Below are positions 8,933 through 14,996 of a DNA stretch of 18,880 nt, one piece after another. The notes under the pieces are model-generated. The model was not told the DNA's origin. It did no database searches and saw only the letters and a list, made by a program, of their open reading frames with translations. Positions within the stretch are counted from its first letter, which is position 1; each line of letters begins with the position of its first letter. The translations under genes and the position numbers were made by a program. The DNA is from a virus (Duplodnaviria > Heunggongvirae > Uroviricota > Caudoviricetes), in the IMG/VR virus record IMGVR_UViG_2529292904_000021, positions 1 to 18,880 of that record. One strand, given 5' to 3'.

Positions 8933-9002
8933 GATAACCTCCTGTATTGGACGTACACCAGCTCTGATAAATATGAGGCTGCCTCTTTAACTTCGCATTG
9001 CG

Positions 9003-10034
9003 CTACCAATCAATAAAATCAGTGATGTTATCCAACCTAATTACAGTAACTTCCCGTCTCAACTGGTTTTTCCAATATATCTCACGAGCGTTTTGTTCAC
9101 CAGCACCGCTCCACTCAATTACTCTTAAAGGCTTAGAGGTTAGGTAAGGTCGAATAAGCAGGTTAAGGTGAATATCGAGACCAGAGTAACCAAACAATAT
9201 TATTTCTTCTGATTCAAATAATGCAAACTGCAAATAATCCCAGTACGTAGAAAGAACATTAGATGCTGCTATAACTGACGGTTTTCTTTTTATATGAGTT
9301 AACACTATATGCTCACTAGGTTCATCTATGTCAAGAGTAAGTTGTGAGCGTGAAAGTTTTAAAACATTTTCATGCTGATTAATAAATAGTGGTGAACCAT
9401 GCAAGTGCAAATAATAACCAAACCTACGATTGTATTTCCGTTCGAGCGCTGCAGAGGAAAATCCGTGGCTTAGCATCCCATCAACTAAAACCCCATCATA
9501 CCCGTTGAATATATCATTATCTATGAATGAATTGTATAATAATTTGTCATAGTTTAATGTCGCGATATGTGAGTGTGTGTTCTTTACAAACTCCACAAGC
9601 GCATTTTCGAATCTTTGTGGCAAACCTTTATCGTAATTATGCAACCTGGTTGCAACTTTGTGAATATAAGTGGCGGTAATTTTGGGGAAGTTTAGTCCAT
9701 CTTCAGTAAGCCAATGCACGTTCCCCTCTCCAATTTGAGCAAGAGCTTTACAATATGTGACAGCCTGGTGAAGGGTATCCAACTCATGTTCTCCTTCTGG
9801 TGGACCTTGCCGCTGAAGACAACGCTCGATAAGTTGCTTGTGGATATCTTTTAAAAAATTGGGGCGATGCCAAATTTCTTCCAACGCTCTGTCTAAGGAG
9901 AAGTGAGCAGGATCTAAAGCCATACCGAGACCGTTGCCGAATATTATTAATTTTCTTGCCATATAGGGGGACTCATATTGGAATAACGCTGGATAGCGTA
10001 GCGCGATACGCTTAAGTTTAGGATTAATAGACAT
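9003..10034 (-). CDS. SIR2-like (sirtuin-fold, SIR2_2-type) protein; candidate NAD+-consuming antiphage effector
   Basis: Sirtuin-type motif order: glycine-rich LIIFGNGLGMA near the N-terminus, TLNYD (TTNYD-like), HLHGS (catalytic HG), and FGYSGLD near the C-terminus. AT-rich gene with an AT-rich upstream region. Confidence 0.55.
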   Translation of the reverse strand: MSINPKLKRIALRYPALFQYESPYMARKLIIFGNGLGMALDPAHFSLDRALEEIWHRPNFLKDIHKQLIERCLQRQGPPEGEHELDTLHQAVTYCKALAQIGEGNVHWLTEDGLNFPKITATYIHKVATRLHNYDKGLPQRFENALVEFVKNTHSHIATLNYDKLLYNSFIDNDIFNGYDGVLVDGMLSHGFSSAALERKYNRRFGYYLHLHGSPLFINQHENVLKLSRSQLTLDIDEPSEHIVLTHIKRKPSVIAASNVLSTYWDYLQFALFESEEIILFGYSGLDIHLNLLIRPYLTSKPLRVIEWSGAGEQNAREIYWKNQLRREVTVIRLDNITDFIDW

Positions 10035-10402
10035 TCCGTTTGATTACACTCGTTATTACAAACTTGCATGCAAAGAAGCCCAAGCTGTTAGGTAAACAGA
10101 GACCGCAGTGGCAAGATAATCTAGATATAGCCTATAAAATCCAACAACAAATAGCGGCCTGTTTTCTATGACTTTTCTTTTCCCTAAATATCACTTATCT
10201 AATAAAATGCAATAATGTATTGCACAGTATTTAATGTGTATTAATATAGATAAGTATTGGTCTTATTTGATAACAAATCCTGAGCCTCAAAATGTCTGCT
10301 TTTCACACAAAACCAACAAGTAGGCTATTTTTAGCTCTGTGCCGCGAAAATGTCAATTCATATCCGAACCAATACTCTTTAATTTCATTACCTGTGACAA
10401 TT

Positions 10403-10810
10403 CTAGGCATATCCCTGATAGAACGCCAATACACGCTGCATAACTTCGCTCTTCCGGCACTCGCGACAGATTATGTTCATACGCCTGTCGTAGCGGCGTA
10501 TTTCTCCGTCGGGTAATGTCCAGATAAGGCCCGGATCAACCACAACAGGTTTCTTCACCTTTGCCCTCGAGAGTTTTTTGCGGGCGTTTTGCCAGTCCTT
10601 ACGAGCCTGTTCTGACGGGAACAACCCATAGCCAGAGTGATATACATCACCACTGGCAACCAGCTCTCTGGCAAGAATGCTCATCAGATATCTTGTCGCA
10701 CCTGTTTTAGCTTCCAGTTGCCGTAGCGTCTCACGACCGCTCTGGCGCACGAGTTCCACCACCTGCCCTTTAATTTTTTCCCGCTCTTCTTGTGTAAAAA
10801 CTTTTGCCAC
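10403..10810 (-). CDS. Hypothetical 135-aa basic protein downstream of the replication initiator (possible replication-module accessory protein)
   Basis: Track ORF with GTG start, 40 bp after the O-like gene; no recognisable motif. Confidence 0.45.
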   Translation of the reverse strand: MAKVFTQEEREKIKGQVVELVRQSGRETLRQLEAKTGATRYLMSILARELVASGDVYHSGYGLFPSEQARKDWQNARKKLSRAKVKKPVVVDPGLIWTLPDGEIRRYDRRMNIICRECRKSEVMQRVLAFYQGYA

Positions 10811-10850
10811 AAGTCCCCCTTAAAATTACCTCATGACCTGAAATCAACAC

Positions 10851-11870
10851 TTATCCCCTGAAACCAGGCGGAATTTCTGTATCCGGTTCAGAAATATGAT
10901 TCACACAACGCTGTATAGACGAACGCCCCAGACGGATGACCAGTTCATCCCATTTTTCACGAAGCTTTGACGGGCTCATGATGTTTTTTACCCAGAATGG
11001 ATCTCGCTGTACCCGACCAAACATTTCGCAAATTTGTCTGTGGCTTCTGCCATCCAGCATCCGCATTGTGCGCACGTCATTGGCCCAGGCAGTCCAGTTA
11101 GGCTCTTTTGGTCGCATGATCTCGCCATCATCACTGGCTGCCTGTTCGTAGAGACCCACGATCCGCCCCCAGATCCACTGCGCACACGCCAAATCCTCCC
11201 TGCTACCCCACTGGCGTTTTTTCGCACTAAACACAACCGCGTCGGAGTTCCGGGTTAAAAAATCCTGTTCAGTCGTCTGCGGGTCCGGTTGCGAAGCTTC
11301 CGGACGAAAAGTGTTTTTATTCTCTGTAGTAATCTCTGTTGTATTCTCTGTAAGATCATCAGGCCATTTTGACCCGATGACATTGGGTCGTTTTGAACCA
11401 ATGGAGCGTTTCATTTTGACCTCTTCCATCGTGTCATTTTGACCTGATGGAGCGGCGCATTTTGAACCGATGGATTCGCTCAATTTGCCACCATCTAAAA
11501 GCTCGCTCCCATAGTTGATCGTGTAGAAATTGGTCATATCGCGCTTTGATTTATTGAGCTTTTCACAACGCAAAAGCCCCAGCGTTTTCAGACTTGCAAA
11601 CGCGCGCTTTAACGTTGACTCTGACCAGAATGGGAACTGTTCCAGCCATTGTTCCGTTGTGTTGTAAATCCAGCGAACACCATCACATTCCATGCCGGAA
11701 TTGGTATCTCTCAACCAGTAATGCAACTGCTGCAACACAATGGCTTCATTTAAGCCAATCTTCATCGCAAGCTGTGTGTTTATAACCAGTGGGCGTTCAG
11801 CAAAAAGAAGGCTCATAATTCCATCCAGCTTTTTGTTGGTATTGCTGTCGATACGCAAGTTTGAAAGCAA
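10851..11870 (-). CDS. Lambda O-like replication initiator protein
   Basis: N-terminus MSLLFAERPLVINTQLAMKIGLNEAIVLQQLHYWL is typical of phage O / replication proteins. The central linker is encoded by iterons (repeated IGSK peptide). Likely true start is the MSLLF Met near 11816; the track start is 11870. Confidence 0.75.
   Translation of the reverse strand: MLSNLRIDSNTNKKLDGIMSLLFAERPLVINTQLAMKIGLNEAIVLQQLHYWLRDTNSGMECDGVRWIYNTTEQWLEQFPFWSESTLKRAFASLKTLGLLRCEKLNKSKRDMTNFYTINYGSELLDGGKLSESIGSKCAAPSGQNDTMEEVKMKRSIGSKRPNVIGSKWPDDLTENTTEITTENKNTFRPEASQPDPQTTEQDFLTRNSDAVVFSAKKRQWGSREDLACAQWIWGRIVGLYEQAASDDGEIMRPKEPNWTAWANDVRTMRMLDGRSHRQICEMFGRVQRDPFWVKNIMSPSKLREKWDELVIRLGRSSIQRCVNHISEPDTEIPPGFRG
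11321..11481. repeat. Candidate phage replication origin: about five ~23-bp iterons plus adjacent short repeats, inside the O-like gene
   Basis: Iterons with core CATTTTGA(C/A)C..ATGG beginning near 11366, 11390, 11413, 11436 and 11459. Three tctctgt(a/t)gtaa-type repeats at ~11321-11356 lie on the far side, mirroring the lambda ori layout (iterons then AT-rich segment within O). Confidence 0.7.
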
Positions 11871-12318
11871 TTGCTTTTTCTATAAGTTCGTCAGTTTCAC
11901 GATCCACTACGGCAGGATCAGCAAAAAGCAGTCCGGACTCCACCACATCGCCATATTCTTTGTTTAACCCGGCGATCATGTACGTGATGCTTTTTCCGTC
12001 ACTAATTTCACGATACAACCTGAAATCATTAATCCGGATAGCCTCCATAATTGCAGGCACTAGCGCCGTGAACTTTTCACGCTTATCCCTAGTGTCGATA
12101 GCCTTCCAGCGTTCGAATATCTTCACTCGATTAACGCCAAGCGCTCGCTGATCAACCGCGCCACCTTCATCTGTGACACGCTGAACCTCGATGTTCGGGC
12201 GCTCTTTCAAAGCCCAGAATGCTTCAGTGATTAATATCGTCGCCTGCTCCTGTGTCATTCCTGGTCGACATATCCAGGCATCCAGAGCCTCACGAGCCTG
12301 TTCAGGAGTGATTTTCAT
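11797..12318 (-). CDS. Hypothetical protein at the cII position (between Cro-like and O-like genes)
   Basis: Track ORF; start overlaps the dicC-like stop. Assigned by position in the early-right operon; no motif recognised. Confidence 0.5.
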   Translation of the reverse strand: MKITPEQAREALDAWICRPGMTQEQATILITEAFWALKERPNIEVQRVTDEGGAVDQRALGVNRVKIFERWKAIDTRDKREKFTALVPAIMEAIRINDFRLYREISDGKSITYMIAGLNKEYGDVVESGLLFADPAVVDRETDELIEKAIAFKLAYRQQYQQKAGWNYEPSFC

Positions 12319-12529
12319 TGTTCAACCGCCCCGCCCGCTTCGTCTTACGATATTCGTCATAAACCTTGGGATCATACTGAAGCTCGCCGCCAGATGCCTC
12401 CTGTAGACGCATCGCGCGACCTTCAGGAACCAGCTCTTGCCATTGAGAAACAGCAGATGGGTCAACGCCAGCAGCTTTCGCTACTTTAGCTTTCGTACCG
12501 TAAAAATTAATTACGTCTGATTTAAACAT
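12302..12529 (-). CDS. dicC: DicC-like Cro-type repressor
   Basis: MFKSDVINFYGTKAKVAKAAGVDPSAVSQWQ...VPEGRAMRLQEASGGELQYDPKVYDEY resembles Qin DicC. GGAGGTG SD before the ATG at 12529. Track ORF is extended upstream to 12556. Confidence 0.75.
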   Translation of the reverse strand: MFKSDVINFYGTKAKVAKAAGVDPSAVSQWQELVPEGRAMRLQEASGGELQYDPKVYDEYRKTKRAGRLNNENHS

Positions 12530-12606
12530 CGCACCTCCAATATTGAGTTTTCTCAATGCTAATCACTCAAGGAATCTCAAGTCAAGGGTTATTAAGATAT
12601 CTAAAT

Positions 12607-13014
12607 ATGAACGAGAAAACTTTAGGTCAACGCATTAGAGAAAGACGTAAGCAGGTAGGCTTAAGTCAAAACGGTTTAAGCAAAGCTGCTGGCGTATCTG
12701 GCTCATCAATTTCATTATGGGAAAGTGACCATACAGCCCCGCGCGGGCAAAATTTGCATCGCCTCGCCGAGGTATTGCAATGTTCACCAACCTGGATACT
12801 GTTTGGCGACGAGGACAAAACACCAGCTCCCCCTGTTTCACTCGATAGTGCCTTAGACTTATCGGAAGATGAGTTAGAGATGTTGCGTTTGTATCGCGCA
12901 CTTCCTAAATCAGAGCAACAAGCACAACTCAGCGAACTCCGCGCCCGCGTTGAGAATTTTAATCGCCTGTTCACCGAGCTATTAGAGGCTCGCAAACGCA
13001 ACAAGCATCAATAA
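12607..13014 (+). CDS. dicA: DicA-like CI-type repressor (XRE HTH, no S24 peptidase domain)
   Basis: MNEKTLGQRIRERRKQVGLSQNGLSKAAGVSGSSISLWE...LQCSPTWILFGDEDK closely parallels DicA. Divergent from the dicC-like gene with a ~75-bp intergenic operator region. Track ORF starts at 12556. Confidence 0.8.
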   Translation: MNEKTLGQRIRERRKQVGLSQNGLSKAAGVSGSSISLWESDHTAPRGQNLHRLAEVLQCSPTWILFGDEDKTPAPPVSLDSALDLSEDELEMLRLYRALPKSEQQAQLSELRARVENFNRLFTELLEARKRNKHQ

Positions 13015-13207
13015 TCATCCCTTCACAAAATTTTAAAGCCTTACATTTCAATGTATTGGCTTTATCTTGCGTCAATACTTGAGTTTTCTCATCAAAAAAC
13101 CCTGACAAAAAAACAATGAGAAAACTAAATTACCTCCATCAAGACACCGCACGGTGTTCTCAGCAAACAGTTCCGCTACCCCGGCGTTAAGGGGAAATGA
13201 GGTCAAC

Positions 13208-13360
13208 ATGGATACTATCGATCTTGGCAACAACGAATCTCTGGTATGCGGCGTGTTTCCCAACCAAGACGGCACGTTCACCGCGATGACGTATACCAAA
13301 AGCAAAACGTTTAAAACCGAATCTGGCGCGCGTCGCTGGTTAGCAAGAAACTCTGACTAA
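13208..13360 (+). CDS. ydfA: YdfA-like small protein (DUF1391)
   Basis: MDTIDLGNNESLVCGVFPNQDGTFTAMTYTKSKTFKTESGARRWLARNSD matches Qin YdfA as I recall it. GAGGT SD upstream; sits after dicA as in Qin. Confidence 0.75.
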   Translation: MDTIDLGNNESLVCGVFPNQDGTFTAMTYTKSKTFKTESGARRWLARNSD

Positions 13361-13473
13361 TGAAATCTGGTAATTAAGGAATCCTCCACGGGGGGGAGTG
13401 GTGCACACGCGCCGGACACAAGCAAGCATCCGGCATGCTCTTTAACAATCTGGATATCCATAACAGTAAAAAT

Positions 13474-13965
13474 CTACAGATTGCCGTTCAGTTTTCTGGC
13501 CAACTCTTCAAGAGATGGAGGCGATACGTAATCCGGATTTTTATTCATAAGAAACTGATTTTCACAGTACAGGCACCTGCTTTTATGAAAAAATTCATAT
13601 TCTCTAACCGGGAATGGCTGAAGTATCGATACTATCTTTTGTCCAAAACATTTTGGACAAAGATGCATGATTATGCTGCCGCCGTTCACGGTTACCTCCT
13701 TCGAGTACACAAAAGTTCCCGACTCAAGTTGGCTAAGGATATAACCTTCCGTCTGAGCCTCAAAGTTTTCAAATTCTGCAATTTTAGCTTTGAGAGAAGC
13801 ATTTATTTCTTGATAAGTGCCCACCAGCTCAACGAGAGACACGCATTCGCGCTGAATAGATGCAAGCTTTGAGTTCAGTTCACCAATAGCCGCATTTACT
13901 TCAGCTTGAGTTTTTGCCTCGTTCATTAGTTTTGCAATCTGGGCGGTTTCACGAATAGCCGTCAT
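13474..13965 (-). CDS. Hypothetical coiled-coil protein with C-terminal CxxC...CxxC zinc ribbon, reverse-oriented inside the dicB operon
   Basis: Track ORF 13474..14223. Protein-like composition starts at MTAIRETAQIAKLMNEAKTQ... (Met at 13965); the C-terminus has HLCPKCFGQK...CLYCENQF. The N-terminal 86 codons of the track ORF run across tandem repeats and are probably not coding. Confidence 0.5.
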   Translation of the reverse strand: MTAIRETAQIAKLMNEAKTQAEVNAAIGELNSKLASIQRECVSLVELVGTYQEINASLKAKIAEFENFEAQTEGYILSQLESGTFVYSKEVTVNGGSIIMHLCPKCFGQKIVSILQPFPVREYEFFHKSRCLYCENQFLMNKNPDYVSPPSLEELARKLNGNL

Positions 13966-14003
13966 TGCTGCCGTTAATTCAGCGATCACATTCAATACTC
14001 TTA

Positions 14004-14051
14004 TTGTTGTTGGGGATATCCAGATTAACAAGATCCTTGTTGTTGGGGAAT
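14004..14051. repeat. Tandem direct repeat TTGTTGTTGGGGA(A)TA (2 copies, ~32 bp apart) upstream of the reverse-oriented gene
   Basis: ttgttgttggggata at ~14004 and ttgttgttggggaata at ~14036. A further inverted repeat cctcgcc...ggcgagg lies at ~14065-14115. Confidence 0.5.
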
Positions 14052-14303
14052 AACGGGGACCACCTCGCCTGACGTGGTAAAAAGCAGGCACACAACACGA
14101 AAGCACACGGCGAGGTTGCTGGTTCATAGATAGCCTATCGTTAAATTTTCGTCGACCGTGCGCTTCCGGTTGTGGCAATCCGCGAAATGGCGCGGCGGTA
14201 AGTATGGCTGGGGTTTCCTCCATTGCTCCAGAAAATGCACCGGGTTGTCAGGTTGACCATACGCTTAAGTGACAACCCCGCTACAACGCCCTCTGTTATC
14301 AAT

Positions 14304-14361
14304 TTTCTGGTGACATTTGGCGGTATCAGTTTTACTCCGTGACTGCTCTGCCGCCCTTTTT
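14304..14361 (+). ncRNA. dicF: DicF small RNA (ftsZ-targeting sRNA processed from the dicB operon transcript)
   Basis: TTTCTGGTGACATTTGGCGGTATCAGTTTTACTCCGTGACTGCTCTGCCGCCCTTTTT matches E. coli DicF as I recall it, including the terminator hairpin GGCGG...CCGCC plus U-run. Sits immediately upstream of dicB. Confidence 0.85.
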
Positions 14362-14530
14362 AAAGTGAATTTTGTGATGCGGTGAATGCGGCTAAGCGCA
14401 CGCGGAACAGTTAAAACCAAAAACAGTGTTATGGGTGGATTCTCTGTATCCGGCGTTAATTGTTAACTGGTTAACGTCACCTGGAGGCACCAGGCACTGC
14501 ATCACAAAATTCATTGTTGAGGACGCGATA

Positions 14531-14719
14531 ATGGAAACGTTATTACCAAACGTTAATACGTCTGAAGGTTGTTTTGATATTGGTGTTCTGCTCAGTAATA
14601 AAGCGTTTACTGAGGATGCCATTAATATGCGGAAATATGAGCCTTATCTGCTCAATGATAATTCCATACTTTCCCGAATTGCTCTTCTTGAACTTGGTAT
14701 TTTCGGAGAACAGCAGTGA
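14531..14719 (+). CDS. dicB: DicB cell-division inhibitor
   Basis: 62 aa, METLLPNVNTSEGCFDIGVLLSNKAFTEDAIN... resembles DicB (MKTLLPNVNTSEGCFEIG...). GAGGA SD upstream. Track ORF is extended upstream to 14426. Confidence 0.8.
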   Translation: METLLPNVNTSEGCFDIGVLLSNKAFTEDAINMRKYEPYLLNDNSILSRIALLELGIFGEQQ

Positions 14720-14904
14720 CCTCAGCATTTGCACTGGTGATGACCGTTTTTCTTATAACGGGTGAGCCGCAGAATGTAATTACCGGAATTTATGACAGTA
14801 AGTCATCCTGCATTCAGGTAAGGGACGAACAAAAAATCCCCGGTGAATGCCTCCCGTTAAAAAAAGTGTCGCTGAACCTGAATAACGAAATACCGGCTGG
14901 ATAA
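14716..14904 (+). CDS. ydfD: YdfD-like small membrane (lysis) protein
   Basis: MTSAFALVMTVFLITGEPQNV...EQKIPGECLPLKKV...NEIPAG resembles YdfD. GTG start overlaps the dicB stop (GTGA), consistent with translational coupling. Confidence 0.7.
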   Translation: MTSAFALVMTVFLITGEPQNVITGIYDSKSSCIQVRDEQKIPGECLPLKKVSLNLNNEIPAG

Positions 14905-14996
14905 CCCTCCAGCCATATTAACGCCATACCAACGGATTAAAAATACCAGCAATGGCAGGAATTTGTTCATCCTTAAAATGGTTATGAGGTTTATCA

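Noticed and set aside
8632-9002. relB/relE antitoxin-toxin genes expected upstream of hokD
   Set aside because: No ORF of RelE or RelB size or sequence is present; the region is a non-coding leader with only very short ORFs.
10292-10516. ORF 10292..10516 (+)
   Set aside because: Lies in the AT-rich promoter region upstream of the SIR2-like gene and overlaps the 135-aa gene's 3' end on the opposite strand; no RBS.
10936-12406. ORFs 10936..11151, 11034..11258, 11594..11785, 11740..11967, 11861..12151, 12191..12406 (+) and 10988..11236 (-)
   Set aside because: Overlap the O-like and cII-position genes in other frames or antisense; spurious. I also saw an apparent one-base frame discrepancy near 11760 between my reading of the text and the track translations; I treated it as my reading error and relied on the track coordinates.
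12635-13004. ORFs 12635..12901 (-) and 12666..13004 (-)
   Set aside because: Antisense to the well-supported dicA-like repressor gene.
13072-13872. ORFs 13072..13305 (-) and 13435..13872 (+)
   Set aside because: The first is antisense to ydfA. The second is antisense to the coiled-coil/zinc-ribbon gene and has a K/R/F-rich translation with no motif; I judged the minus-strand ORF to be the real gene.
13966-14223. N-terminal 86 codons of track ORF 13474..14223; also a retron-like ncRNA idea for the repeats here
   Set aside because: The extension has no start context and reads across tandem and inverted repeats, so it is more likely regulatory DNA. A retron msr/msd was considered because of the inverted repeats but rejected because no reverse-transcriptase gene is nearby.
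14392-14765. ORFs 14392..14622 (-), 14543..14734 (-), 14574..14765 (+)
   Set aside because: Overlap dicB and ydfD in other frames or antisense.
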